64,000 nt of DNA from Candidatus Bathyarchaeia archaeon (GCA_050010755.1 JBEKKK010000001.1:1373237-1437236), one strand, 5' to 3'; positions 31,091 through 42,762 are shown, counted from the stretch's first letter. The notes: generated from the letters alone by a model not told the origin. Translations and numbers: made by a program.

Positions 31091-32017
31091 ATGTCTGTCG
31101 CGTTTCATGGTGCAGAATTCTGTTGGATGAACGGTGATATCATCGAAACTGGAAAGGCGCTCGTCTCCGCTATGGAACCCATTCATCTGGGAATTTTCGA
31201 AGGAATAAAAGCCTACGTGGAGAATGATGTTCAAAGCAGAGGAAATTTGAACATTTTTCGATGGAGGCCTCACGTCGAACGTCTCAGGCGTTCCGCGGCA
31301 GTTTGCGGAATGAAGATAACCTACACCGACGATGAGCTTCTTGAGGCCACAAGAAAAACTATTAGAGCTAATCGTTTCGACACGAACGTTTACATACAAC
31401 CCAGAATCTGGCCAAAGGCAGGAGCCCCACAGGACGTCCATGTCGTCATTCCAGTCTGGGCCTTCGAAACCGTGCTAGGTAGAGACAATCCGCAGTTTTC
31501 TAAGAATCGCAGGTTCATGATTAGCAGTTGGCGACGAATCGCCTCAGACGCGCTACCTCCACAGGCGAAATCCTGGGCAAACTACGGCAATTCCGCACTG
31601 GCCCTGCGTGAGGCTCAGAGGCTGGGTTTTGATGGCGCGATATTCTTGGATAATAGGGGTTTTGTCAGCGAAGGCACAGGCGCCTGCGTAATGGCGGTTA
31701 GAAACGGGAAGGTGACAACTCCCCCCATAACTGCTTCGATACTGGAAAGTGTAACCCGAGAAACGCTTCTCAAAGTAATAGCAGAGGATCTGAACATTCC
31801 AGTGGACGTGAGTGACATTGCGCGTGTTGAGCTTTACGCTTCCGATGAAGTCTTCCTCTGCGGAACTGGCGGGGAGATCACACCCCTAACCAGCGTTGAT
31901 GACTTATCCTTAGGAAAAGAGTATCCCGGCCCTGTGACGAAACGAATAGCAGAGTACTACGCGAACATTTTGGCAGGAAAAACAGAGAAATACAAAGAAT
32001 GGTTAACTCCTATCTGA
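31091..32017 (+). CDS. ilvE: branched-chain amino acid aminotransferase (class IV PLP)
   Basis: FEGIKAY, AKSWANY, EGTG, ILESVTR, FLCGTGGEI. Confidence 0.88.
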   Translation: MSVAFHGAEFCWMNGDIIETGKALVSAMEPIHLGIFEGIKAYVENDVQSRGNLNIFRWRPHVERLRRSAAVCGMKITYTDDELLEATRKTIRANRFDTNVYIQPRIWPKAGAPQDVHVVIPVWAFETVLGRDNPQFSKNRRFMISSWRRIASDALPPQAKSWANYGNSALALREAQRLGFDGAIFLDNRGFVSEGTGACVMAVRNGKVTTPPITASILESVTRETLLKVIAEDLNIPVDVSDIARVELYASDEVFLCGTGGEITPLTSVDDLSLGKEYPGPVTKRIAEYYANILAGKTEKYKEWLTPI

Positions 32018-32189
32018 GGCTTGGAATGAATTCTACTCTTTCTTAGAGTGATGTACACGTATTGTCTGATTGGTTTCCTTCAAGATATGGCAGAAGACTG
32101 TGGCTAGATTCGTCGTGAATGTTTTGTTGCTGTAGCCCTGCAGCAACATCGATTTAATTAGCTGGAAGGCATTGCTGAAAAGAATAGAG

Positions 32190-32594
32190 ATGGAGAAAAT
32201 GGATCACACGGTTGTTCATTTCGAAATTCCGGCAAACGACACTGAGAAATTGAAGAAATTCTATTCGGGAGTCTTCGGATGGAAGATCGAGAAAGGCAGC
32301 GAAGACATGAGCGGGCCAATGGAATATTGGATGCTGGGCACAGTACCAATGGACAAGCAGATGAGACCCATGCGACCTGGTGTCAACGGAGGTTTGTACA
32401 AGAAGACCAATAAGGAGATGAAGCCCGTCGTCTACATTTCAGTCGAGTCTGCTGACGAATACATCGCAAAAATAAAGAAGCTCGGCGGAAAAATCATTGT
32501 TCCGAAACAAGAAGTCCCACATGTAGGCTGGACAGCCATAGCTGCTGATCCCGAGGGCAACCAATTCGCCATACTGCAGCCAATGAACCCATAA
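32190..32594 (+). CDS. VOC/glyoxalase family protein
   Basis: VVHFEIPA..FY..FGW..DPEGN. Confidence 0.9.
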   Translation: MEKMDHTVVHFEIPANDTEKLKKFYSGVFGWKIEKGSEDMSGPMEYWMLGTVPMDKQMRPMRPGVNGGLYKKTNKEMKPVVYISVESADEYIAKIKKLGGKIIVPKQEVPHVGWTAIAADPEGNQFAILQPMNP

Positions 32595-32856
32595 CCCAAC
32601 CCTTTTTCTCTTTCTTTACTATTGCGAACACTCAAGCCAAAGAGGCCGAATTAGAGTGCGCATTATATTTCAATCGTCGTTTGCGAGATTGCTTGTGCTT
32701 CAGAATATTGTTATGTCTGTAAAAGACGTGTGCAGTTGGTGCGAAATGGGCGTCTGGAAGAGGCAAACAAATTCAGGGTTGGAAAAAAGAAATTCAAGAA
32801 CAGGCTGGCACGTTTGAAGGTGTTCCAAAAGACTTTAATCTCGTGCGAACTCATCA

Positions 32857-33239
32857 ATGATTGAGGTTGAGGAGCAACGGAAGAAGCCCCGAAAAGATAC
32901 CTGCAGAGATTCAACCGACTTCTTGTTTGGCCAACGTTGGTCCTGTTCATACTTTTGGCAATTTCAGGATATGGAATCTTAAACCCTGGGTTGGAAAGTG
33001 AGCTGACCGGAGGGCTCTTCAGTGCGAGCGCGCTTCATCCGTTTTCATTGGAGTTACACACGGATTTGATAGTGCCTACTTTGACGTTGCTCATGGTTCA
33101 CATCTTGATTGCGCTGAGGTCAACTCTGACTCGTTGGGGCATAAGACAGGGCAAACTTTTGGATGCTTTTCTGGTTCTTCTGGGAGTCTTCGCGTTTACT
33201 CTGATGGTGTTGATGCAGTATCTAATGATAGGGAGTTGA
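32857..33239 (+). CDS. small membrane protein with His-bearing helices (cytochrome b/DUF4405-like); apparent frameshift near 32893
   Basis: ATG 32857 gives MIEVEEQRKKPRK; YLQRFNRLLVWPTL..LHTDL..VHILI continues in another frame that has a stop at 32868. Confidence 0.55.
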
Positions 33240-33244
33240 GAAGC

Positions 33245-34624
33245 ATGCACAGAATCCTGAGGATGGCTTCTTTGGCTCTGGTGTTAGTCCTTGCTTTGGT
33301 TACGTTTATGCCTCCGCCGAAGATGGCAAGTGCGCAGGCACCGGGCATGTTGGAGATAGATGGGGACGTTAACATGCCTATGAATTTGACTTATGCTGAG
33401 CTGTCTTCTTTACCGATGGTTTCAGAGGTGGCCAAGCTGCAGTGCATAGAGGGCTGGTATGTCACTTACAACTGGACTGGAGTGCCGCTGTTTTATCTTT
33501 TGACCTTGGCTGAAATGAAGCCTGATGCCTATAAGGTTGTAACGAGTTGTTCAGACGGCTATACTTCGGATCTTCTTGTGCAGGACGCTTTGAACCCTAT
33601 GATAATTTTGGCTCTTGGAGCAAACGGGACAAGCCTGCCGCAGCTGACTTATGGCCCGGAAGGTCCTTACAGACTTGTCGTCCCAGGCAAGTATGGTTAC
33701 AAATGGTCCAGCGGCGTTCAAGAAATAACAGTTGTCACGACTGATTACAAGGGATATTGGGAGAGTAATGGATTCAGCGACGTTGCCGACGTGCCAAACT
33801 ATGGACCGATGCCGACGCCGACCCCTCCGGTGCAGTCGTTAAACGTAGCCTATGGAAATAGAACGTTTCAGGTCGGGGCCTTCACAGACGCTTCAATAAC
33901 GGTCTCTTCTTTCGATGCGTCCCTGAAAACATTGAACATGGATGTTACTGTTCCTCTTGGAACATTGGGTTTCGCAGACTTGATCCTGCAGCAAAACTTT
34001 CTGAGCAGACCGTACAACGTCACACTTGACGGAAAGGCGGTCAGCCCGATTGAAGCTGACACCAACACAAGCTCGTACCTGTACTTGGCCCTTCAGGAAG
34101 GCTCTCACACAATGAGCATATCAGCCGCAGAATTTCAAAACATTCCAGAAGCCATCGTGTACTATCCGGCATCGATTGGTGTTGGACAGAACGCGACGTT
34201 TGACGCAAGTAAATCCGTTGACGTTGGAAGAATAGTCTCATATCAATGGAGTTTCGGCGACGGCATAAACGGAACAGGACCGATAGTGACACACTCCTAC
34301 AGCAAGGCAGGAACGTACCAGGTGACGGTCAACGTCACCAACAATCAAGACGTAAGTGATTTGCAAACGTTCACCATAACAGTTGGAAGCGGAATAAACA
34401 TCGTTCTGCTCTCCAAGGTCCTCTTGGCAGCAATGCTGGCCGCGCTTATTTTGATTTTTGCCCTTCTTTTAACAAAAAGGAGAAAACCGAATCAGCCAGA
34501 CAAAGAAAACTCAACAGTGACGCTCTATACGGAAAGAAACCAATTCTTCAATGCACGACTTACGATGGGGCGTGTAGGTCGTTGCCAGCCTCGAAAAACC
34601 AGGTTAGCGCAAAGGTGGTTCTGA
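33245..34624 (+). CDS. sulfite-oxidase/MsrP family molybdopterin oxidoreductase with PKD domain and C-terminal anchor
   Basis: LQCIEGW..WTGVPL, PYRLVVPGKYGYKW, GYWE; PKD WSFGDG..HSYSKAGTY. Confidence 0.85.
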   Translation: MHRILRMASLALVLVLALVTFMPPPKMASAQAPGMLEIDGDVNMPMNLTYAELSSLPMVSEVAKLQCIEGWYVTYNWTGVPLFYLLTLAEMKPDAYKVVTSCSDGYTSDLLVQDALNPMIILALGANGTSLPQLTYGPEGPYRLVVPGKYGYKWSSGVQEITVVTTDYKGYWESNGFSDVADVPNYGPMPTPTPPVQSLNVAYGNRTFQVGAFTDASITVSSFDASLKTLNMDVTVPLGTLGFADLILQQNFLSRPYNVTLDGKAVSPIEADTNTSSYLYLALQEGSHTMSISAAEFQNIPEAIVYYPASIGVGQNATFDASKSVDVGRIVSYQWSFGDGINGTGPIVTHSYSKAGTYQVTVNVTNNQDVSDLQTFTITVGSGINIVLLSKVLLAAMLAALILIFALLLTKRRKPNQPDKENSTVTLYTERNQFFNARLTMGRVGRCQPRKTRLAQRWF

Positions 34625-34651
34625 AAAGACTCTGAACCTGCGCCGGATCAG

Positions 34652-34721
34652 CCCCCCTCCCTTTTTTTCTTTACATCAGATGTAATGTTGCAATGTAATG
34701 TTGGATTGTAAGGTTTCCATG
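34652..34721 (-). repeat. dispersed ~70 bp repeat, copy 3 (inverted)
   Basis: reverse complement catggaaaccttacaatccaacattacattgcaacattacatctgatgtaaagaaaaaaagggagggggg differs from copy 1 at only a few positions. Confidence 0.9.
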
Positions 34722-34962
34722 TTTAACGCTGATGCGCGTTTCAAAAACGGCTAAGAATGGCCTCGATTCGTCTCTTGGGATTTGGTGGGACGTTTTCTTG
34801 GGCGCATACCTTTTGGGGGCTCAACGTTGGGCGGAGAGCCTGTTTTTTCCATACTTCAGCAGGAAGTTCAGTCTTTCAAACATGCCCCTATTTGTCTCAG
34901 ACTGTTGAAAGGAGAATAGGAACCATTTTTGACTAAATTCGGAACAGACGTGCGTTCAATTT

Positions 34963-35514
34963 CTAGGCCTCTGCGCGCGTCATATCTTCTGTTGGCTGCT
35001 TTTTACAGTAAGTCCTGAAAAGATTGTATCTTTGCAGGCGTGGCCAACCAGTCTTTGCGTAAATTAGTTTTTCTGGATTGTTTCTGAGCCAGTTCATCAT
35101 GTGGAAGAAGCTTTTTGCCTTTTTCTCGTCTCTCTCTTTCACGGGTTCATATCCCAAGTTTCTGATTTCGTCAAGGTATGCTATTTCTGTTAGTCTCTGT
35201 GGTTCTCCCGTGACTTTGATTCTCTCAATTTGATTGTCGCTATACGCCTCTTTCAAACCGTTAACTGCTTCGTCGAATATGTAGCCTCTGCAGATTTGTA
35301 TTCGTTCATCCTTGTTGACTCCGAGTTTGCCCAACAGCCGAAACACGATGGTTGAAGCCTCCGTTAGATATTCTTTTGATCGAAATCGGGGATACCTGAA
35401 ATACTTGACATCTAACACGTCGTATCTAAATTCTTGAGTCTCGCAGCGAAAGGCAGCAATGACCACGCCGAAAAGCAGATCCCCTGTGCCAGCGTCATCA
35501 ACAACTATCGTCAG
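34963..35514 (-). CDS. hypothetical protein with RNase HII-like N-terminal motif; probable CTG start
   Basis: frame extends upstream to CTG 35514 as TIVVDDAGTGDLLFGVVIA; in-frame TAA directly before; gaggag about 11 nt upstream. Confidence 0.65.
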   Translation of the reverse strand: MTIVVDDAGTGDLLFGVVIAAFRCETQEFRYDVLDVKYFRYPRFRSKEYLTEASTIVFRLLGKLGVNKDERIQICRGYIFDEAVNGLKEAYSDNQIERIKVTGEPQRLTEIAYLDEIRNLGYEPVKERDEKKAKSFFHMMNWLRNNPEKLIYAKTGWPRLQRYNLFRTYCKKQPTEDMTRAEA

Positions 35515-35894
35515 TTAACGTCAACTCCTCTTGAAACAGGCAAACGAACCACATGTGTGTTCAGAGAGAAACGCTTCAAACGAGTCTTATAATGTTTGTT
35601 TCCCTTATTCCCTGCCAAACATGCATCTGCGCAATCTGAATCACAGGCATTCCAAAGCGTCACCCTTTTGCTCGCGCTTTCAGAATGCGTGCAAACCCTG
35701 GCTCATGCTGATGGGCTGTTCCACCGAATGATTGAAGATGATTCGAGAAAACTTGGAAAGGGTGAGCGTTCGTCTAATCGTTCAGTCGCTCAATTAAATC
35801 GAGGAGAGAGGCTCGAGCAACCAAAAATGATAAACAGTTTTGCAGTTAACCTCTGTTGACTTGCCAACATAGGACAACGTTGAGGAAAAGGCGG

Positions 35895-37475
35895 ATGACC
35901 AAAGCCAATAAGATGGCCCAGGTTTCAGTGAAGGGGGGATTTAATGTACTGTGGGGTTTGGTACTTTCCACAGTCATTTCGTCGGTGGGCTCGATATTTG
36001 CCATTAGGCTCTTGGGCAATTCTAACTATGGCCTGTACTACATTGCCCTGAATGCTATCAACTTGATTTCCACGTTCAGAGATTGGGGCGTAGCTACCGC
36101 CATGATAAAATATACTGCCCAATACAGGGCCGAAGATAAACCCGCCAGAATTCGGAGCATATTCGCCGGGGGTATACTTTTCGAAACCGTCCTTGGCCTC
36201 GTCCTCGCAGCAGTGGCCTTTCTGTTCTCGGGATTACTGGCCCGCCTCTATTCGCTTCCAAGCATTACGCCTCTAATAGAGGTGGCCTCCTTTGTAATCT
36301 TAACCGGTGCACTGTTCAGCACAGCCCAAGCAACCTTCACAGGGTTTGAAAAAATGGAACTGAGCAGCGTCACCCTTATTGTCCAATCCAGCATCAAAGC
36401 CATAGTGGTTCCTTCACTCGTCATTTTGGGTTTCGGCCCTCTTGGCGCCATCACCGGATTCACCGTTGCCTCTCTGATCGCGGGGGTCATTGCGTTTCTC
36501 TTCGTATGGTCATTATACAAAGTATTGCCGAAGCCGACCAGTGGGCCGCTTGAAATAGAGGCCGCCATAAGAACCATGTTTAACTATGGTTTTCCCTTGT
36601 CAATCGCGTCCATCATAAGCACGTTCCAAGCCCAATTCTACATTTTTATACTGCCCATATTCGTATCCACTAGCTTGATAGGCGACTACGGCGCGGCCAC
36701 CCTATTCATCGTGATAATAAGCTTCCTCGCCACACCAGTGAGCACCATGCTTTTTCCAGCCTTCAGCAAGCTTGACCCGCAGAAAGACCATGAAACGCTC
36801 AAAAGCGTTTTCCAGTTCTCGATAAAGTATGCTTCGCTCCTGGTCGTGCCCGTCGCGGCTATGGTGATGGTTCTGGCGAGACCCGGCATTTCCATTTTGT
36901 TCCCGAGCTATACGGCGGCGCCGCTGTTTCTTTCTTTGCTAGCCATAAACTACCTCTACGTGGCTTTCGGAAGCCTAAGCGTCAGCAATCTGATAAACAG
37001 TCAAGGCCAAACCAGATTTAGCCTGAGACTGTCTCTTCTCACGTTTGCCGTCGGCTTTCCTCTGAGCATCGTCCTTATTTCCAGATTCGGCATCCTTGGC
37101 TTAATCGTCACGAGTCTGACGGCGGGCCTTCCCAGCCTCGCAATCGCGCTGAACTGGCTCAAGAAACGATACGACGTAACGATAGATGGGAAGTCCTCCG
37201 CCAAGATACTCCTGTCCGGGGGCGCGGCCTCATTAATCACTTATTTACTCATCACCCTTTTGATCTCTAGGAACTTGATCGCACTCGTCGTGGGGGCAAT
37301 CGTGTTTCTTTTCGTCTTCCTGATTGCCATCATCCTCACTGGAGCGATCACCAGAAGTGACATAGGCAGCCTTCGAGAAATTATGACCGTTCTCGGCCCG
37401 CTTGGGGGATTGGCGAACCGTTTCCTGACAATTATCGAAAAATTAATGAACGCCCTTAAACCCCAACGAAACTGA
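35895..37475 (+). CDS. MOP-superfamily oligosaccharide flippase (Wzx-like)
   Basis: about 14 TM helices, RLLG..YG, DWGV..A.IKY, LFPAFSK. Confidence 0.88.
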   Translation: MTKANKMAQVSVKGGFNVLWGLVLSTVISSVGSIFAIRLLGNSNYGLYYIALNAINLISTFRDWGVATAMIKYTAQYRAEDKPARIRSIFAGGILFETVLGLVLAAVAFLFSGLLARLYSLPSITPLIEVASFVILTGALFSTAQATFTGFEKMELSSVTLIVQSSIKAIVVPSLVILGFGPLGAITGFTVASLIAGVIAFLFVWSLYKVLPKPTSGPLEIEAAIRTMFNYGFPLSIASIISTFQAQFYIFILPIFVSTSLIGDYGAATLFIVIISFLATPVSTMLFPAFSKLDPQKDHETLKSVFQFSIKYASLLVVPVAAMVMVLARPGISILFPSYTAAPLFLSLLAINYLYVAFGSLSVSNLINSQGQTRFSLRLSLLTFAVGFPLSIVLISRFGILGLIVTSLTAGLPSLAIALNWLKKRYDVTIDGKSSAKILLSGGAASLITYLLITLLISRNLIALVVGAIVFLFVFLIAIILTGAITRSDIGSLREIMTVLGPLGGLANRFLTIIEKLMNALKPQRN

Positions 37476-37662
37476 GCGCGTCGGCAACATATGCGATATG
37501 TTGGTGCACACCCTCGTAATGACACGTTAGTCCTTGGGTCAAAGGAATTGTGACTCATCCAATGCCTTTCTTATTTCTTCAAGTCTGTTCCAATGTTGAG
37601 AATGTAATGCCGTACTGCAAGCTGCAATGTTGCATAATGTGGAACTCGCAACATTTGTTTGT

Positions 37663-38199
37663 TTATTGTTCGTTCGTTCTGGCGCTTTCGTTGGTGATTT
37701 CTTTCGCTAGAGTTGAAAGGGTGAGTGGCCGGAAGAACTTGTCGCGCATCTTGTCTTGAAGATCTATAAGATAGGTTTGGATTGAATCCACGTTCATGAA
37801 GCTGTGCTCGTTTCTCGACTTCACGAACTCAACGTAGTCAGAGTACGTTCTGTGGTACGATATTGCGACTGTGCTTCCTGCAGTGGGAAGTCTTTCGTAC
37901 ATGACAATTTGAGGAAGTTTGTTCCCGACGAAGTCGGTCGCCGTTTGGCGGGCCTCAGAGATTTGCTCCGGCGTTAGGTCCATTTTTGTGCTGGCCAGCG
38001 TTATTGCAAGCAGACCATATCCTAACTTTGAAAAGTCTGGGATCATCGTGTACTCTTTGATTACCCCTTGATTTTCGAGCTTCTTGATCAACCTGCTGAT
38101 CGTGGGCTGCGAGACACCGATTGACTTTGCCAGTTCTCTGTCGCTCCTGCGGCTATTTTTCATGAGTTCAGAAATCAGCCTCAACTCGACATCCTTCAT
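37663..38199 (-). CDS. Lrp/AsnC family regulator
   Basis: ELMKNSRRSDRELAKSIGVSQPT..GVIKEYT.IPDFSKLG. Confidence 0.9.
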   Translation of the reverse strand: MKDVELRLISELMKNSRRSDRELAKSIGVSQPTISRLIKKLENQGVIKEYTMIPDFSKLGYGLLAITLASTKMDLTPEQISEARQTATDFVGNKLPQIVMYERLPTAGSTVAISYHRTYSDYVEFVKSRNEHSFMNVDSIQTYLIDLQDKMRDKFFRPLTLSTLAKEITNESARTNEQ

Positions 38200-38420
38200 C
38201 CCTGCAATTTCCTCCGGACTTTCCTTTGCCGTCAGAACTAAACTATGTTATAAGGCTTCTGATTCGTTGTCTTACCCCTAAATCTCGGTTTCCTAACAAT
38301 AAAGATTGATTAACGCGCGCATCTCGCGAGTCAATCCCAACATTTCGAGGGTCGAAAGCTGTATATGCTCTCAATCTTTTCTCTCATTCGGTTCAATCAA
38401 AGATGCTTGAGGGTGTGAAG

Positions 38421-38810
38421 ATGATTAAGAAAATTGGGCACATAACGATTCTTGTTAAAGATCAGGACGAGGCAATGAGATTTTACGCGGAGAAGCTCGG
38501 GTTCAAGAAATGCCAAGACACGATGTTTGGTGAAGACATGCGCTGGGTCACTGCGGCGCCGAAGAATCAACCGGACTTAGAGATAACGTTCGTTAAAGCG
38601 GACTCCAAGGAGAAGCTGAAATCATTGGGAAAACAGGCTGGCGACCACGTTTTTCTAACTTTGGAAACCGACGATTGTCTCAGGGACTACGAATCAATGA
38701 AAGTAAAGGGTGTGAAGTTCGCTGGAATACCCACGAAGCAACCCTACGGGACGGAAGTCGTTTTTGAAGATCTCTACGGCAACTTGTTCGATCTCATACA
38801 ACGCTCGTGA
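38421..38810 (+). CDS. VOC/glyoxalase family protein
   Basis: HITILVKDQDEA..FY..LGF..FEDLYGN. Confidence 0.9.
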   Translation: MIKKIGHITILVKDQDEAMRFYAEKLGFKKCQDTMFGEDMRWVTAAPKNQPDLEITFVKADSKEKLKSLGKQAGDHVFLTLETDDCLRDYESMKVKGVKFAGIPTKQPYGTEVVFEDLYGNLFDLIQRS

Positions 38811-38902
38811 ATGGGCATACGGGTTCAATGGTCCTCTGGCCACACGAGCAACGAAACAAGTTTCGACCTTCGCTAAGAAATACCCAAGAGACTGATTAAC
38901 GA

Positions 38903-41011
38903 ATGCAGTCAGGATCGACCAGAAAGCCTAACAGGCTGATATCCGAGAAGAGTCCCTACCTGCTTCAACACGCTTACAATCCTGTGGACTGGTACCCATG
39001 GAGCCCAGAAGCCTTCAAAAAGGCGGCGGATGAGGACAAGCCCGTCTTCCTCTCCATCGGCTATTCAACGTGCCACTGGTGCCACGTCATGGAGAATGAA
39101 TCCTTCGAAGATGCTGAAGTTGCAAGATTGCTGAACGACGCCTTCGTCTGCATCAAGGTTGACCGCGAAGAGAGGCCAGACCTGGACAGCATCTATATGA
39201 AAGTCTGTCAACAATTAATCGGCAGTGGCGGATGGCCCCTTCACATAATCATGACTCCTGACAAGAAACCCTTTTTCGCAGCTACTTACATACCTCGCGA
39301 AAGTAGGTTCGGCCAGACCGGCATGAAAGAGCTCATCCCGAAAGTGAAAGAACTGTGGACATCACGGAGGAACATTCTGCTCGAATCTGCCGTCGAGGTC
39401 ACCGAGTCTCTCCGGCAAATCGAAAAGTCCTCGAACGGAGCATCAGCCGAAGAACTTGGAGCCTCGACCTTGGACGAGGCATATATTCAACTCTCGCAGA
39501 GTTTCGATGAGAACAACGGGGGCTTCGGAAATGCGCCCAAGTTTCCTTCTCCTCACAACCTTACCTTCCTTCTTCGTTACTGGAAAAGAACGTCAGATCC
39601 AAAAGCACTCGAGATGGTAAGAAGAACGTTGGAAGCAATGGAACAGGGCGGAATATACGACCAGTTGGGCTTCGGGTTTCACAGATATTCCACCGACGCA
39701 AAATGGCTGGTACCGCATTTTGAAAAGATGCTCTACGATCAAGCGATGCTTGCTATGGCTTACACAGAAGCTTACGAAGCTACAAGAGACGAAAATCTCA
39801 AGCAGATTGCCAGAGAAATAATCACGTATGTCCTGAGAGATATGACCGACTCGGGGGGCGGATTCTATTCGGCGGAAGACGCCGACACCGAGGGGGAAGA
39901 AGGAAAGTTCTACACTTGGACTGAAGAAGAAATCAGGCTGCAACTATCCGCAGATGAGGCTGATTTGGCTATAGAGATTTTTGGCGTTGAAAAAGAAGGC
40001 AACTTTAGCGATCCGATGAGCGGGAAAAGAACCGGAAAGAACATACTCTGCCTGAACAAATCGCCTGCCCAGATTGCCCTCGAAATGCGCATTTTTCTGC
40101 CGGATATTCAGAATCGGCTGGACCAGGTTCGAAACAAGCTCTTTGGCGTCAGGCAGAAACGTGTCCATCCCCGCAGGGACGACAAAATCTTGGTGGACTG
40201 GAACGGGCTGATGATCGCGGCGTTATCGAAGGCATCTCAAGTCTTCGACGAACCGGAATACGCAATTGCTGCGAAAAAAGCTGTAGATTTTATACTCAAG
40301 AACATGGGAGATTCCCAAAACCGTCTGTACCATCGCTATCGTGATGGAGAAGCCAAGGTGACAGGGTTTCTGACCGACTATGCCTTCTTTATCTGGGGTC
40401 TCGTGGAACTCTACGAAACTGTCTTCGACGCTGAATACCTCGAGCAAGCAGGGGAGCTTACGGAGATATTGATGAAACATTTCTGGGACGAACAGCGAGG
40501 CGGCTTTTATCTGACGCCAGACGATGCAGAATTCACTCTTGTGAGAGATAGAGAAATATATGATGGCGCTTTGCCCTCAGGCAACTCAGTGGCATGTCTG
40601 AACCTCATTCGCCTTGCCCACATGGCAGGCGATATTCAGTATGAACAGAAGGCGGCGCAGTTGATTCGTTCGTTCGCCAATGATGTTTCAAGAGCCCCTT
40701 CCGGCTGCACCCAACTGATGAGCGCACTCGACTTCGCTGTCGGCCCCTCCTGCGAAGTTATCCTTGTCGGCGACCCAGATAAGGCAGACACAAAAAGGAT
40801 GATGGAGGTTCTGAGAAGCAGGTTTGTGCCCAGAAAAGTGGTGCTTCTCCACTCGTCACTCGCTCAGCGACGAGGAACACGATTCTTAGACGCGTTCGCT
40901 CAGGGCTTGACAAGCGAAGGAGGAAAAGCCACAGCGTACGTTTGCTGCAACCGGGTCTGCAATCCGCCAACCACAGATCCCGACAAGATGATGGAGCTAA
41001 TTGGCCAATGA
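38903..41011 (+). CDS. thioredoxin-domain protein YyaL/SPATA20 family
   Basis: [37 protein letters not shown]. Confidence 0.95.
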   Translation: MQSGSTRKPNRLISEKSPYLLQHAYNPVDWYPWSPEAFKKAADEDKPVFLSIGYSTCHWCHVMENESFEDAEVARLLNDAFVCIKVDREERPDLDSIYMKVCQQLIGSGGWPLHIIMTPDKKPFFAATYIPRESRFGQTGMKELIPKVKELWTSRRNILLESAVEVTESLRQIEKSSNGASAEELGASTLDEAYIQLSQSFDENNGGFGNAPKFPSPHNLTFLLRYWKRTSDPKALEMVRRTLEAMEQGGIYDQLGFGFHRYSTDAKWLVPHFEKMLYDQAMLAMAYTEAYEATRDENLKQIAREIITYVLRDMTDSGGGFYSAEDADTEGEEGKFYTWTEEEIRLQLSADEADLAIEIFGVEKEGNFSDPMSGKRTGKNILCLNKSPAQIALEMRIFLPDIQNRLDQVRNKLFGVRQKRVHPRRDDKILVDWNGLMIAALSKASQVFDEPEYAIAAKKAVDFILKNMGDSQNRLYHRYRDGEAKVTGFLTDYAFFIWGLVELYETVFDAEYLEQAGELTEILMKHFWDEQRGGFYLTPDDAEFTLVRDREIYDGALPSGNSVACLNLIRLAHMAGDIQYEQKAAQLIRSFANDVSRAPSGCTQLMSALDFAVGPSCEVILVGDPDKADTKRMMEVLRSRFVPRKVVLLHSSLAQRRGTRFLDAFAQGLTSEGGKATAYVCCNRVCNPPTTDPDKMMELIGQ

Positions 41012-41603
41012 GAGACATGAAAGTCTCAGCGCGCGCAGGCGAATTAAATAATTCGGGGAAGTGTTGAATGAACTTTCTTGTTGAAACTGAGACGCGAAGT
41101 GAAAAGAGTGTCAAAGTGATCTGCCGCATGTTTAGGGCAACCGTCTTCTCGGCTCCCAAGCGCTGTCTAATGGTTTGAGCAGGCTGGAGCACAACCTAGA
41201 CAAGGCTATTATTTCACGCCTTCAGCATCGTAGAACGGAATTATCCTCTCCGGTCTGGACGGGGTAATCTGTGCAGTGAGTTTACATGTCGTTATGAGTG
41301 AGTTTCGATTCTGAACAGAGCCTGTTGGGAGCTTTATTCGCAAAACACAGTCTCCGTCCAGCTTAATTCTGGAAAAATTTTTTCTCGGATCAAAACCTCG
41401 CGTTCAAACTCAACGCTGCCATTCTTCGGGTCCAAAACAACAGGCTCGCAAATTATTTAACTAGTCTGCGCATCAAATCCGGCAGCAATGTTCAAGTCGT
41501 CTTGCGGAAAAAAATATCTTAATATGTGCATTGAAAGGGCGCGTGCTAAAAAATCTTATATCTAAGTAATTGTTCCTTTCTGGAGTAGAAGTTGGGATTA
41601 TTT

Positions 41604-42584
41604 ATGGCTGTCAAAACAACACCAGGATATATAGACTTGCTAAACAAGGCCGTCGAACGTGAAATTGCTGTTTCACTCCAGTACATGCTTCAACATGCAA
41701 AAATGGAAAAGCTCGTGCGCAGAACAATCCCTGAAAACATCCTTCTGGACAAAACAACCTATGACGCAGTTGGGAAATTTCTGAGAGAGATTGCCATCCA
41801 AGAAATGAAGCATGCCGCAAGCGTGATAGAGCGCATTTACTATCTTGGAGGGGAAGCAACCACTAAATCCGGCAAACCTAACATTGGCGACAGCATAAGC
41901 GAATTTGCCAAACTGGGCGTAAAAGCTGAAGAAGAAGCGTTGACCCTTTACCGTCAAATCATCGAGACTTCTGGGAAAATGGGCGATTGGGAAACACGTG
42001 AACTCTTCGAGAAAATCTATGGTGAAGAAGAAGGGCATTTATTCAAATTCCAAGAATACACAAAGTTCCACGACGAGAAAGAAGAGCCTAGCAAAGTGCC
42101 TTTGCCTAAATGGCGCAAGATATACACAAACGATTACTTTGCCCTCTTGAACAAGGCTGTTGCAGCGGAAATCACAGGAATAGTCCAATACACAAATCAG
42201 CATGAAAAAGCAGCTTTTCTTGCACTTCGAATGAAGGACACGCCGCTGGAAACCATAACTGAATCCAACATAGCCAGCGTAGTAAGCAAGATACTGAAAG
42301 AGATCTTCATGCAAGAAATGGACCACTTTGAAAAGATCACCGAAAGGATATACTTGCTTGACGGGGAAGCGACGTTCAATCCAGATCCGCTTCCGGTTGT
42401 CGGCAAGACGGCGATGGATTTCCTGACATTGGATCATGCATTGGAAAGTAGCGCAATATCGCTGTACCGACAAATCATCGCTGAAGCACTCAAACGCGCC
42501 GACACAACAACAAGACGCATGTTTGAAGAAATAATAATTCAAGAAGAAAATCACTTCTGGATATTCGACGACTTCGTCAGATAA
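41604..42584 (+). CDS. tandem two-domain ferritin-like (bacterioferritin-like) protein
   Basis: two repeats of LLNKAV..EI....QY..QH, QEMxH, ERIY.L.G, ExxH. Confidence 0.85.
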   Translation: MAVKTTPGYIDLLNKAVEREIAVSLQYMLQHAKMEKLVRRTIPENILLDKTTYDAVGKFLREIAIQEMKHAASVIERIYYLGGEATTKSGKPNIGDSISEFAKLGVKAEEEALTLYRQIIETSGKMGDWETRELFEKIYGEEEGHLFKFQEYTKFHDEKEEPSKVPLPKWRKIYTNDYFALLNKAVAAEITGIVQYTNQHEKAAFLALRMKDTPLETITESNIASVVSKILKEIFMQEMDHFEKITERIYLLDGEATFNPDPLPVVGKTAMDFLTLDHALESSAISLYRQIIAEALKRADTTTRRMFEEIIIQEENHFWIFDDFVR

Positions 42585-42762
42585 AACCAATCATTCCTTT
42601 TTTTATTTCGAGAATTTCTGGGCAGATGTTTTTCCCGAAAACTTGATTTCTAAGCTCTGCGCGAGCTAAAAACACTAGATGTTGCATTCGAGAACGTCTA
42701 GAAAGAGAATTTTGTAAGCCACCAAGGACGGACGGGCAAAAAAAGGCCAGTCCAGCCCTTCT

